From a virus, in the IMG/VR virus record IMGVR_UViG_3300030331_006276: a stretch of 64,000 bases of DNA. One strand, given 5' to 3'. Under the pieces are notes generated by a model. The model saw nothing but the letters and a program-made list of their open reading frames with translations. It ran no database searches and had not been told where the DNA came from. Shown piece after piece: positions 1 to 9,928 of this stretch (positions are counted from its first letter, which is position 1; every line of letters starts with the position of its first letter). The translations under genes were made by a program, and so were the position numbers.

Positions 1-354
1 GCTATTACACAACGCAATGGCATACCTATGAGCTCAAAAACTGATATATCACAATACTGGGAAATGTTAGCAAAAAGTGTTTTTGTAATATCACCACCTG
101 GTGGAGGTATTGATTGTCACCGTATATGGGAAGCACTTTATTTTAAAACTATACCAGTTATTCAATATCATTCAAGCTTTTCACAATTTAAACATTTACC
201 TATATTATTTGTAGAGTCGTGGGAAGATATAACAATACAGTATTTACGTAATAAGGCTTATACATTAGACGTAAATTGGGATATAGAAGAACTTAAACTT
301 GAATTTTGGAAAAATAGTTTAGTTGAAAATTATAAAACAGAAAGTAAAATATAA
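1..354 (+). CDS. Exostosin/GT47-like glycosyltransferase, C-terminal part (5'-truncated by window)
   Basis: Frame is open from base 1. SVFVISPPGGGIDCHRIWEALYFKTIPV matches the exostosin-type S.F...P.G.G....R.WEAL...IPV motif. Confidence 0.55.
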   Translation, partial: AITQRNGIPMSSKTDISQYWEMLAKSVFVISPPGGGIDCHRIWEALYFKTIPVIQYHSSFSQFKHLPILFVESWEDITIQYLRNKAYTLDVNWDIEELKLEFWKNSLVENYKTESKI

Positions 355-357
355 AGG

Positions 358-939
358 ATGATTATTAAAGAAGGTGTTTATGATGGTAAGTTAATACATG
401 AAAGATTTGCTTACAAATATTTTAGAAAGCAAGTCGCTCCCTATGGTAATATTGTTGCATTTAAAGCTCCGATGTATGTAAAAGAAGAGCTTATTGATCT
501 TGAAGATTCTTTGAGTAATGATTTTATCCATAGTCAAGATGCTATTAACTTTTGCTGGGAAATTCCTAATTTATGTCCTTTTGGAGCTGTTTCTTTTCAA
601 AGACTTTTTAATACTGCTATAGCAAATATTTTATCTAATATTATTAAAAAGCCTATTTTAGTAGATGGAGATGATTTACTTGTGCAAGATGAATTCGTTG
701 GTAGTGACGGTAAGGTTAGAAAATCTGGTAAAGTTAGTGTTTCTATTACCTATTCTAAAGATAATATTGCTGTAGGTCATACAGGTATTAATATTGTAGC
801 TGGTGAAAAAGCTCCTGGATTTGCTTATTCGTCAGATTTAAATGAAGAAACTGCTAACGAGTTTATGGGTGCAGTAATTGATTATTTTAATAATGAAGTT
901 GCAGATCAATTTATTGCTACTACTAAAGTAATTGTATGA
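358..939 (+). CDS. DUF366-like (BPL/LplA-fold) protein
   Basis: IHERFAYKYF...ELIDLED...INFCWEIP...FQRLF...VDGDDL...GKVSVSI...GHTGINI resembles DUF366. Confidence 0.5.
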   Translation: MIIKEGVYDGKLIHERFAYKYFRKQVAPYGNIVAFKAPMYVKEELIDLEDSLSNDFIHSQDAINFCWEIPNLCPFGAVSFQRLFNTAIANILSNIIKKPILVDGDDLLVQDEFVGSDGKVRKSGKVSVSITYSKDNIAVGHTGINIVAGEKAPGFAYSSDLNEETANEFMGAVIDYFNNEVADQFIATTKVIV

Positions 940-1298
940 ATTTTTTTCAACTGCAAAATAAACTATTTTATTCTAAGAAAGATAATGCTCAATATTTAGA
1001 CGCAGAAGGTGAGCAAGCGTTTGTACCTTTCTTGTTTAATAGATGGCTTTCGTTTTATAACAACGATATGTCTGTTTTTACTAATGAGACGTTAAATCGC
1101 TTTAGTACTATATTTGAAAATAAGCAAGACGCTTATAAATTATATTACTATTTGATACCTCGACTTAAATTTAAGAAAATATCTTATATTAAGAAAGTTA
1201 AAAAAGATAAGGATGAGGAGGAAAATTTAAACTTAATAGCTAAAAATAAAAATATTTCAGTTAGAGAGTTGAAAGAATATATTTCAAATTATGAGTAA
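936..1298 (+). CDS. Putative clamp-loader small subunit (T4 gp62-like)
   Basis: 120 aa. FVPFLFNRWLSF...NETLN...LIPRLKFKKISYIKK resembles the gp62 pattern. Confidence 0.45.
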   Translation: MNFFQLQNKLFYSKKDNAQYLDAEGEQAFVPFLFNRWLSFYNNDMSVFTNETLNRFSTIFENKQDAYKLYYYLIPRLKFKKISYIKKVKKDKDEEENLNLIAKNKNISVRELKEYISNYE

Positions 1299-2322
1299 AA
1301 CAGCATTAGTATTAGGAGCCGGTGGATTTATTGGTAATAGTTTAGTTTCGCGTTTAAAGCAGGAAGGGTATTGGGTAAGAGGTGTAGATCTTAAACTACC
1401 TGAATATAGTAAAACAGAAGCTGATGAATTTATTTCAGGTAACATTGGAGATTTAAGAAGTCAGTCAAATTGTGCTAAGGTAGTAAAATTTGATGGCGCT
1501 ACTAGTAATTTTCATGGAAGAGTTCCGGAACAGTATAAGGAAACGTTTGATGAAATCTATCAACTAGCTGCAGATATGGGAGGCGCTGGCTTTATTTTTA
1601 CAGGTGACAATGATGCTGATATTATGCATAATTCTGCAACTATTAATCTTAATATTTTGAATGCCGTTAAACAAATAAATGAATATAAAGGCGTTAATAA
1701 TACAAAGATATTTTATAGTAGTAGTGCTTGTATGTATCCTGAGCATAATCAACTAGATCCAGATAATCCTAATTGTGAAGAATCATCAGCATACCCTGCT
1801 GATCCCGATTCGGAATATGGATGGGAAAAGCTTTTTAGTGAACGTTTATTTTTAGCTTATAATAGAAATTACGATATACCGGTAAGAATAGCGCGCTTTC
1901 ATAATATATTTGGACCGTTAGGTACTTGGGATGGTGGTAGAGAAAAGGCACCTGCAGCTATATGTCGAAAAGTTATTGAAGCTGAAGATGAAATTGAAAT
2001 ATGGGGTGATGGAAAACAAACGAGAAGCTTTTTATATATTGATGAATGTGTAGAAGGAATTAGGCGACTAGTAGAATCAGATTTTATTGGACCTGTAAAT
2101 ATAGGTTCCGATGAAATGGTAACAATTAATCAACTTGTTGATATTGCTTGTAGTATCGAAAATAAAAATATTACTAAAAAGCATATTGATGGACCACTAG
2201 GTGTAGCTGGTAGAAATTCTGATAATAAACTTATTAAAGAAAAAATTGATTGGGCTCCAAACTATTCACTCGCTAAAGGTATTGAAAAGACCTATATGTG
2301 GATTAAAGAACAAATTAATTAA
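1291..2322 (+). CDS. NAD-dependent epimerase, GDP-mannose 3,5-epimerase-like
   Basis: GAGGFIG Rossmann motif, QLAADMGGAGFI, YGWEK (YxxxK), GREKAPAAICRK. Confidence 0.85.
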   Translation: MSKTALVLGAGGFIGNSLVSRLKQEGYWVRGVDLKLPEYSKTEADEFISGNIGDLRSQSNCAKVVKFDGATSNFHGRVPEQYKETFDEIYQLAADMGGAGFIFTGDNDADIMHNSATINLNILNAVKQINEYKGVNNTKIFYSSSACMYPEHNQLDPDNPNCEESSAYPADPDSEYGWEKLFSERLFLAYNRNYDIPVRIARFHNIFGPLGTWDGGREKAPAAICRKVIEAEDEIEIWGDGKQTRSFLYIDECVEGIRRLVESDFIGPVNIGSDEMVTINQLVDIACSIENKNITKKHIDGPLGVAGRNSDNKLIKEKIDWAPNYSLAKGIEKTYMWIKEQIN

Positions 2323-2324
2323 TT

Positions 2325-3233
2325 ATGAGTAAAGCATTAGTAACAGGCGGCGCAGGGTTTATAGGATCAAATTTAGTTGATAGACTTATAGACGAAGGAT
2401 ATGAAGTAGCTATAATTGATAACGAAAGCTCAACAGTTAATGCCCAATTTTATTGGAATCCCTTAGCTGAAAAACATGTTATCGATATAACAGATCAGAA
2501 AAAATGCAGTAAAGTTTTTTCTAGTTTTAAACCAGATTATGTTTTTCATTTAGCAGCTCATTCTAGAATACCAATTGCAATAAAAAATCCAATACAATCT
2601 TGTGATGTTAATGTAGTTGGTACGTGTAATATGTTACAACAAAGTAGAGAGCATGGCGTAAAGCGATTTATGTTTTCATCAACATCTTCAGTTTATGGAT
2701 TAAAAAATAAATGTCCGTTAAAAGAAGACATGCCAAGAGATTGCCTTAATCCATATTCAGTATCAAAAGCAGCTGCAGAAGAGTTATGTAAAATGTATTA
2801 TAATTTATTTGATCTTGAAACTGTTATTTTTAGATATTTTAATGTTTATGGTGAGCGTCAACCATTAAAAGGTCAATATGCACCTTTAATTGGTATCTTT
2901 CAAAAACAAAAAGATGCTGGAATACCAATGACTGTTGTAGGTGATGGTGAACAACGAAGAGATTTTACGTATGTTGGTGACATTGTAAAAGCTAATATAT
3001 TAGCAGCTGAAAGCGATAATTCAGATATTATTGGTGAAATATTTAACGTCGGTACAGGTAAAAATTATAGTGTGTTAGATGTGGCAAATATTATAGGAGG
3101 TGAAACAGAATTTATTCCTGATCGACCTGGAGAAGCAAGAGAAACGCTGGCTGACTTAACAAAAAGTAGAGATCTTCTTTCTTTTGAGCCAGATATTGAA
3201 TTAGAAGATTGGATAAAATCTTATGAAGCTTAA
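2325..3233 (+). CDS. NAD-dependent sugar epimerase/dehydratase (extended SDR)
   Basis: TGGAGFIG, FSSTSSVYG, YSVSK (YxxxK), RYFNVYG, GDGEQRRDFTYV. Confidence 0.85.
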   Translation: MSKALVTGGAGFIGSNLVDRLIDEGYEVAIIDNESSTVNAQFYWNPLAEKHVIDITDQKKCSKVFSSFKPDYVFHLAAHSRIPIAIKNPIQSCDVNVVGTCNMLQQSREHGVKRFMFSSTSSVYGLKNKCPLKEDMPRDCLNPYSVSKAAAEELCKMYYNLFDLETVIFRYFNVYGERQPLKGQYAPLIGIFQKQKDAGIPMTVVGDGEQRRDFTYVGDIVKANILAAESDNSDIIGEIFNVGTGKNYSVLDVANIIGGETEFIPDRPGEARETLADLTKSRDLLSFEPDIELEDWIKSYEA

Positions 3234-4047
3234 AGTAGGAATTGTAGGACATGGGTTTGTCGGTAAAGCAGTTGACTATGGTTTCTCAAATAATGTTAAA
3301 AAGAAGCTAATAGACCCAAATTATAATACAAGCTGCAAAGATTTACTAACTTTTAACCCGGATGTTGTTTTTATATGCGCACCTACTCCTATGGGTGACG
3401 ATGGAAGTATAGATGCGTCAGTAGTAGAGCAATGTTGTGTTGAGGTAAGTGAATTTACTAATGCATTAATTGTATTGAAGTCAACGGTAACACCAGATAT
3501 TGCCGGTAGACTATCAAAAAAGTTTAAAGACTTTGTATATAATCCAGAATTCTTAACTGAAAAAAATGCTAATGAAGATTTTGTAAATCAATTTATGCTG
3601 GTGTTAGGTGGTACGAGTTACAATACGCAAGAGCTTTTAGAGATTTATAATGACTATAGTATATGTCGACCTTGTCCAGTTTTTCATATGTCAGCTACCG
3701 AAGCTGCATTTGTAAAATACAGTATTAATACTTTTTTAGCTACAAAAGTAACGTTTTTTAATCAGTTATATGATATAGCAAAAGATCATAATGCTAACTA
3801 TAATGCAATTGTAAGTGCTGTAGGATCGGATCCACGTATTACACATTCTCATACAACAGTACCAGGCTTTGATAATAAACGTGGTTATGGTGGAGCATGC
3901 TTTCCTAAAGATACAGCTGCATTTAATGCTTTTGCAAAATGTTTCTCTGTTTTAAATGAAACTATTAAGGTTAATAATGAGTATAGAAAAAATTATAAGC
4001 TCGATAAAAGAGAAAAAGAGCAAAATGTTCATTATAAACCTATCTAA
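3223..4047 (+). CDS. UDP-glucose/GDP-mannose dehydrogenase family (lacks C-terminal domain)
   Basis: GHGFVG, NPEFLTE, EAAFVKYSINTFLATKVTF, GYGGACFPKD catalytic Cys motif. Only 274 aa. Confidence 0.85.
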   Translation: MKLKVGIVGHGFVGKAVDYGFSNNVKKKLIDPNYNTSCKDLLTFNPDVVFICAPTPMGDDGSIDASVVEQCCVEVSEFTNALIVLKSTVTPDIAGRLSKKFKDFVYNPEFLTEKNANEDFVNQFMLVLGGTSYNTQELLEIYNDYSICRPCPVFHMSATEAAFVKYSINTFLATKVTFFNQLYDIAKDHNANYNAIVSAVGSDPRITHSHTTVPGFDNKRGYGGACFPKDTAAFNAFAKCFSVLNETIKVNNEYRKNYKLDKREKEQNVHYKPI

Positions 4048-4083
4048 TATTGGATAAAAGGAACCATACTGTTAAATAGATTT

Positions 4084-4515
4084 ATGGCAATGGCATCAAT
4101 AGATAATTTAGCACCTACTAAAAGTTTGATTGACTTATCAAGTCCTGATAAAGGTGACTTTGGTTTAACAGATTATGATCTAACGTTTCTCTTTGACGAT
4201 ATTTTGTTAATCGAATATGTCGATCTAGCAGAAAATTTTGATAACGGAGGTGACGCTATTGAACGAAATGGCATCTTAATTCCAACTAATCAAATAACTA
4301 TGGCTTGGCGAAAAGGTAAAGTTGTATTATCTGGGCCAGATGCTAAATATGCTAAAGAAGGAGACATTGTTCTTTTTCCAAACAACATGGGTGTTACTAT
4401 TTCAGGTGTTTCCGTTCCAGGTAAGGGCACAGTTGAAAAAGGCATCTTTTTAAATGAAGAAAGAATGTTTGGAATTTGTAAAGTAAAAGATGATAATACA
4501 AAAGGCAGCTCTTGA
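4084..4515 (+). CDS. groES: GroES/Cpn10-like co-chaperonin (gp31 analogue)
   Basis: DDILLIE...NGILIP...GKVVLSGP...KEGDIVLF...FLNEERMFG follows the Cpn10 strand pattern. TAAATA at 4073-4078. Confidence 0.65.
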   Translation: MAMASIDNLAPTKSLIDLSSPDKGDFGLTDYDLTFLFDDILLIEYVDLAENFDNGGDAIERNGILIPTNQITMAWRKGKVVLSGPDAKYAKEGDIVLFPNNMGVTISGVSVPGKGTVEKGIFLNEERMFGICKVKDDNTKGSS

Positions 4516-4867
4516 CTCTCTTTTACTAGATAATGTTTGTGAAATAAGATTTACTCGTAGAATAATTAAACCTGGTCAAGCCCCTACGAGAAGAATGCTT
4601 TGTACAAAATCTCTACCTTTACTTAATTCTGTAAATGGTAGAATTTCATTAAACTATTTTCCTCCTAAAGGACCACCTAAAGCATATCTTGGTCCTGATA
4701 GATTAGCTGTTGCATGGGATATATTAATGCAAGATTATAGAAATATTAATACTTTGCAATGTGATCTAATACAACAAATTCCTGCTAATGATGATTTTTG
4801 GGTATATTTTAACGAAAATATATTTCCAATGTCAGCAGAACAAAAATTTAATTTTATGAATTCATGA
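4490..4867 (+). CDS. Hypothetical, WYL_2/DUF2693-like
   Basis: VCEIRFTRR...RRMLCT and AWDILMQDYRN resemble the T4-like V.F.K..G..R.M.CT / .D.....WRS family. Confidence 0.4.
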   Translation: MIIQKAALDSLLLDNVCEIRFTRRIIKPGQAPTRRMLCTKSLPLLNSVNGRISLNYFPPKGPPKAYLGPDRLAVAWDILMQDYRNINTLQCDLIQQIPANDDFWVYFNENIFPMSAEQKFNFMNS

Positions 4868-5214
4868 ATGTAAGTTTAGAAAAAGTAACAGATTTTTTAA
4901 AGCCTTTCTTATTACAAGACATTATAATAAGAACAGATAAAAAAATATTAAAAAGAGGCAAACTTAAAATATTTCAAATTAAACAATATTATATAAATTT
5001 AACTCTAGAATTTAATGACTCAATTAAATCTTATGAAATACCTTATCCATTTAAAATGCACCATGACGAAGATAAAGGTGTCTTAAATTACCATTTGAGT
5101 TCATTTATACCTCGTAGTCAATTGACTATGGTTAAATTTTTAGATAGTTCATCTAAATCTAAATTATATGATAACCTCGTGTATATATTGCCTTCTGAAA
5201 AAACTATAGTATAA
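4864..5214 (+). CDS. Hypothetical protein
   Basis: 116 aa ORF, overlap-coupled to the upstream gene; no motif recognised. Confidence 0.5.
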   Translation: MNVSLEKVTDFLKPFLLQDIIIRTDKKILKRGKLKIFQIKQYYINLTLEFNDSIKSYEIPYPFKMHHDEDKGVLNYHLSSFIPRSQLTMVKFLDSSSKSKLYDNLVYILPSEKTIV

Positions 5215-5215
5215 T
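5188..5215 (+). promoter_or_regulatory. Sigma70-like promoter for the helicase gene
   Basis: TTGCCT (5188-93), 16 nt, TATAAT (5210-15); GTG start 5 nt later. Confidence 0.55.
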
Positions 5216-5220
5216 AAAGT

Positions 5221-6852
5221 GTGTTAGGTGGTTTACTAAAAAGCTTTCCGGAAGGTTATACTCCGAACTCGGCGCAAGTAAAATTATTAAAAAATATTGA
5301 TCAAGCCTTTACTGATGGTTATAAATTTGTAATTTGTAATGCGCCTACTGGATCTGGTAAAAGCTTTATTTCAAAAACATTAGCAAATTCGTCTAAAGAA
5401 TGTTCTGAAAATTTTAAGGATCTAATAACATCCTATACTGCATTTAAAATTGATCAGACTGGGTCTTATATACATGAAGAAGAATGCGAAAATGAAAATG
5501 CATCTGGTACTTTTGCACTTACTATAACAAAAGCTTTGCAAGATCAATATAAAGATCTATTTAAAGATACTACTATTTTAAAAGGTAAGAGCAACTATAT
5601 TAGTACTATAGATTCTAATATTGATGTAGAGTTAGAGTCTTTAATTATGCCTAAAAATATATTAGAGGATCATAGACGTAGACATAAGTGTCCGTATCAT
5701 AATGATCGTAGAGATGCGCTTATTAATAAATTTGCAGCTTTGAATTATAATATGTTTTTCTCTTTACCTAATCATATTAAAAAAAGACAATATTTAGTTT
5801 GTGATGAAGCAGCTGAGCTTGAAGATCAATTAGTAAAAGAATTTTCATGCGATATAAATTTTGAAATGTTAAAAAGAATGGATATTATAGTAAGACCATT
5901 TTATTCAAAAAATAATGCTAATGTAATAAAGTGGATAAATAGTTTACTAATAGATCTAAGTGATAAAATAGAACAACTACGTGATAGTATTAATAATACT
6001 AACAATAAAAAATTTATAGTAGAAACTCGTCGGCAAATAGTTAGTATGAGAAATTTACATTCTAAACTTTCTTTAATTATTGATACTTGGTCAGAAAGTG
6101 AATATTTGTTTGAAACAAGTCAAGACGGTATTACCTTTATGCCGCTTAAAGTAAATAACCTTTCTAATCATTTATTTAAACATGCAGATAGAGTAATATT
6201 AATGTCAGCAACAATTATTGATCCTACTAATTTTTGTAAAAGTTTAGGAATAGATAAATTTAAATATGTTGAAGCTGAATCAACTTTTAATCCTGAACAA
6301 TCTCCTATTTACTGCAATACAAAAAATAAACTTAATTATCATAATTTAAAAAGATGTTTACCGAAAATTATTAAGCAAGTGCAAAGTATATGTGACCATC
6401 ATAAAGATGATAAAGGTATTATTCATACGCATAATAATACTATTACTTCCTTCTTGCATAAAAAATTAACTAATGAAAGATTTTTAATTAGAGAACCTGG
6501 AATACGTAATGAAGAGATTTTAGAGCAGCATTTATCTAGTAATAGATCTACTGTATTAATATCACCTTCTATGTCTCATGGTGTTGACTTGAAGGATGAT
6601 TTAGCAAGATTTCAAATTATTATTAAAGCACCTTATTTACCGACTAAAGATAAAAGAATAGAGAGATTAATGAAAGATGATTTTAATTGGTATTCAAATA
6701 AAATGCTATGTTCTGTTATTCAATCTTGTGGCCGTGGAGTAAGATCTAAAAAAGATTATTGTAAAACTTATATATTAGATGGAGCTATTGTTGAAAGTGT
6801 AATAAACAATATACATAAGTTACCAAAATATTTCATTGATAGGTTTGTATAA
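5221..6852 (+). CDS. DinG/XPD-family (SF2) helicase
   Basis: APTGSGKS Walker A, DEAAEL, ILMSATI, SMSHGVDL, IIIKAPY, QSCGRGVR motif VI. Confidence 0.8.
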   Translation: MLGGLLKSFPEGYTPNSAQVKLLKNIDQAFTDGYKFVICNAPTGSGKSFISKTLANSSKECSENFKDLITSYTAFKIDQTGSYIHEEECENENASGTFALTITKALQDQYKDLFKDTTILKGKSNYISTIDSNIDVELESLIMPKNILEDHRRRHKCPYHNDRRDALINKFAALNYNMFFSLPNHIKKRQYLVCDEAAELEDQLVKEFSCDINFEMLKRMDIIVRPFYSKNNANVIKWINSLLIDLSDKIEQLRDSINNTNNKKFIVETRRQIVSMRNLHSKLSLIIDTWSESEYLFETSQDGITFMPLKVNNLSNHLFKHADRVILMSATIIDPTNFCKSLGIDKFKYVEAESTFNPEQSPIYCNTKNKLNYHNLKRCLPKIIKQVQSICDHHKDDKGIIHTHNNTITSFLHKKLTNERFLIREPGIRNEEILEQHLSSNRSTVLISPSMSHGVDLKDDLARFQIIIKAPYLPTKDKRIERLMKDDFNWYSNKMLCSVIQSCGRGVRSKKDYCKTYILDGAIVESVINNIHKLPKYFIDRFV

Positions 6853-6867
6853 TAAATATATATACGA

Positions 6868-8103
6868 ATGAAGAACCGAGCATTTCATTTTGAAATAAAG
6901 GACTTACTTACACAGTTTGTAGCTGCGTTTGATGATACTGTTATTAGTAGATTTAATAAAGATAGAAACCCAGCAAGCAATATTGAAGTTCGATATGTCT
7001 TTGCACCTAAGCAAAGAGTAATGTACGATATAATAAACAAAGCTCAAAACTTAACATTACCTGTTGTTGCTGTAAATTTAACAGGCATATCAAGAGATAA
7101 CGATAGGGTCTTTAATAAATTAGCACCTTCACTTATACCAGCTCAAAAAGAAGAAAATCCTAAATCTGGTTCAAAATTCTTAATGCCAGTACCTGTTAAT
7201 TTAGAAGTTAGTATGTCTATACTTGCAAGATATATGCAAGATGTAGATCAAATAGTATCTAATTTTGTACCTTATAACAATCCATATATTATTCTTACGT
7301 GGGAAGTACCATCAGATTTTGGTGCACAATATCCACAAGAAATAAGAAGTGAAGTTTTATGGAATGGTAATCTTGCATACACAACACCTACTGATACAAC
7401 TTATAGTGATAAGTTTAGAGTGACAGTAGATACCTCTTTCACAATAAAAGGGTGGCTATTTCCAGAGCAAAAAGATACACAGGGTAGTGTTTATAAAATT
7501 GATAATAATTTTATTGCTGTTGATTTAGCTAATAAGATATATTCACCTTTAGATCCAACTGTGCCCGTACGTAATAATACATATCAGGAATTAGGATATG
7601 AAAAATTATCTAGCTTTCATACAGGGGTTTCAGCCGCTGAATCAAGATTACCTATTAATTATACAGAAACAATAACAGTTTCAGGCATACCAGAATTTAC
7701 AAATATTTTTTATTCTACTACAGGTGTCTTTCATGCGATAAATAATTTTCCTCTCGGTACAGTTACAAATATATTAACATGTACAAATCCTAATAGTGTT
7801 AATAGTAACTTTATATTGTATGGTAAACGATTTGAAGCGAGTAATAAGTTTTATTTAAGTTCATATATTGATAACTTCTTTACTGATTTTACAGCAATAA
7901 CTTCAGCAAAAATGGATACAATTAGTGGTTATGAATTAGAAGATAAATTTTATAAGGTTATAAATGATAATGTAGTAAACTTCTTCTTCCCGCTTTCGTC
8001 GCTTAGTGCAGCAAAAGCCGGGGAGTTTACAATTATTACTGGAAATGAAGCAGGGTGGGCAACTTCTTATCAAGCTAGTAGCTCTATCCTTAAATTAGTA
8101 TAA
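6868..8103 (+). CDS. gp15: Tail terminator/sheath stabiliser (T4 gp15-like) with C-terminal extension
   Basis: FHFEIKDLLTQFVAAFDD...IEVRYVFAPKQR...LPVVAV...PVPVNL...DQIVSNFVPY...FTIKGWLFP. TAAATA at 6853-58. Confidence 0.7.
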   Translation: MKNRAFHFEIKDLLTQFVAAFDDTVISRFNKDRNPASNIEVRYVFAPKQRVMYDIINKAQNLTLPVVAVNLTGISRDNDRVFNKLAPSLIPAQKEENPKSGSKFLMPVPVNLEVSMSILARYMQDVDQIVSNFVPYNNPYIILTWEVPSDFGAQYPQEIRSEVLWNGNLAYTTPTDTTYSDKFRVTVDTSFTIKGWLFPEQKDTQGSVYKIDNNFIAVDLANKIYSPLDPTVPVRNNTYQELGYEKLSSFHTGVSAAESRLPINYTETITVSGIPEFTNIFYSTTGVFHAINNFPLGTVTNILTCTNPNSVNSNFILYGKRFEASNKFYLSSYIDNFFTDFTAITSAKMDTISGYELEDKFYKVINDNVVNFFFPLSSLSAAKAGEFTIITGNEAGWATSYQASSSILKLV

Positions 8104-8106
8104 ATA
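8099..8106 (+). promoter_or_regulatory. T4-type late promoter TATAAATA
   Basis: Exact T4 late consensus 7 nt upstream of the portal ATG. Confidence 0.7.
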
Positions 8107-8113
8107 TATATAA

Positions 8114-9928
8114 ATGGCTGGAACAGGATCATCAACAAGCTCAGACCAAAATCGTTCTTATGTAACTAATGACGGACGCGCGTCTACTTTTGGCAGAAAC
8201 TTAATTCAATATATTCAAAATAGACTACCATATGCTACTGATGGTCGTGGTGAAAATGATTCATTGAATCCAAAATATAAGTTCTTTAAAAAGGCAGGTA
8301 TGAGAAGAGCAGAAGCTTTAGCTAAAGCTTCTGTTTCGTCATCTAACCCATATAACAATATACCTATAGGTGATTTTGCAAAAGATTCATCTTTTGGTGA
8401 TGTCATGTATGCAAACATACAAGATGATAAAGCTGGAAGACTTCGTGATTATAGAATAATGGCTGCATATTCTGAAATTTCAGATGCATTAGATGAAATT
8501 TGCGATGAAATGATTAACCCAAACGAGTCTGGATGGATTGCAGATTTAAGTTATAAGGATATTGATCTTACGTTAGATGAAAAGGCTGAAGTAGAAAAAC
8601 AATTTCATAGGTATATTGAATATTATGATCTTAAAAATAAAGGATGGCAATATTTTAGACAACTAATGGTTGAAGGTGAAGTTTTCTTTGAGCAAATTAT
8701 TCACGAAGGGTATGTTAAAGACGGTGTACTTGGTGTTATAAATTTACCTTCTGAAATAATTGATCCTGTATATAATAATATACAAAATATGCTAGTTAAG
8801 GGCTATATTTATAGAAAACCTATTTTTAGTCCTTCCCAGCCTAATAAAGTAGAAAAGGTTGAATTCATACCAATGGATCAAAACCAGATTATGTATGTTA
8901 ATTCTGGTGTATATAATGAAACTAAAAACTTTATTATTCCTTTCTTAGAAAATGCAAGACGGCCTTATAGACAGTTATCATTAATTGAAGATGCAATAGT
9001 TATATATCGCTTAGTTAGAGCACCTGAAAGATTAGTTTTTAATGTTGATGTGGGTAATATGCCACCTCCTAAAGCTGAAGCATATTTAAAAAAGCTTATT
9101 CAAAATTATTGGTCAAGAAAAACATTTGATATTGATCAAGGAGATGTAGTTAAAAAATTTAATCCGCAATCTATGCTTGATGCATTTTGGTTTGCTAAAC
9201 GACAAGGGTCTGAAGGTACAAATGTAAGTCAGTTAGCTGGAGGACAAAATTTAGGTGAGCTATCTGATTTAATGTATTTTATTAAAAAGCTTTATAGAGC
9301 TCTTAAAGTACCTTCAACTAGACTTGATCCGCAAGATCAAGTTGAAGCATCTGGTACATCTATCTTAAGAGAAGAACTTAAGTTTGCGCGCTTTGTAATT
9401 AGACAGCAGCAAAGATTTGCTGCTGGTCTTAAGAAAGGTTTTATTACTCATTTAACGTTAATGGGTATTTTTGAAAAATTAGAACTTAATGAACAAAATT
9501 TAGAGATTGAATTTAACGTACCTACTAATTTTTACGAGCTTAGAGAAAATCAAAGATTAGAACTTAAATCTGGAAATTATACTAATCTAGCTGGTAATGA
9601 GTTTGTATCCGCAACATATGCACAGAAAAAATATCTTGGATGGAAAGATAAAGATATCTTAGCTAATAGAGAGTTCTTAAGAAAGGATGCTGAATTACAA
9701 TGGGAGCTTAGTCAAATACAAGCAGCTGGACCCTCGTGGAAAGAACAAGCTGTTGCTGGTGAATTAGGTGAAGGTGAAGCTGCTGTAGGCGGAGAAGGAG
9801 CAGGTGTAGGTGGAGGCGCTGGTGGTGGCATACCGGAGTTTGGTGGTGGTCCAGCAGATACCGGTGAGGCTGATACAGAGGAAGTTGCAGAAACTGAAGT
9901 TGAAGTAGAAGAGCCAGCTGAAGTTTAA
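8114..9928 (+). CDS. gp20: Portal vertex protein
   Basis: EISDALDEI, LSLIEDAIVIYRLVRAPERLVFNVDVGNMPPPKAEAY, KKLYRALKVPSTRL, EELKFARF. Confidence 0.95.
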   Translation: MAGTGSSTSSDQNRSYVTNDGRASTFGRNLIQYIQNRLPYATDGRGENDSLNPKYKFFKKAGMRRAEALAKASVSSSNPYNNIPIGDFAKDSSFGDVMYANIQDDKAGRLRDYRIMAAYSEISDALDEICDEMINPNESGWIADLSYKDIDLTLDEKAEVEKQFHRYIEYYDLKNKGWQYFRQLMVEGEVFFEQIIHEGYVKDGVLGVINLPSEIIDPVYNNIQNMLVKGYIYRKPIFSPSQPNKVEKVEFIPMDQNQIMYVNSGVYNETKNFIIPFLENARRPYRQLSLIEDAIVIYRLVRAPERLVFNVDVGNMPPPKAEAYLKKLIQNYWSRKTFDIDQGDVVKKFNPQSMLDAFWFAKRQGSEGTNVSQLAGGQNLGELSDLMYFIKKLYRALKVPSTRLDPQDQVEASGTSILREELKFARFVIRQQQRFAAGLKKGFITHLTLMGIFEKLELNEQNLEIEFNVPTNFYELRENQRLELKSGNYTNLAGNEFVSATYAQKKYLGWKDKDILANREFLRKDAELQWELSQIQAAGPSWKEQAVAGELGEGEAAVGGEGAGVGGGAGGGIPEFGGGPADTGEADTEEVAETEVEVEEPAEV

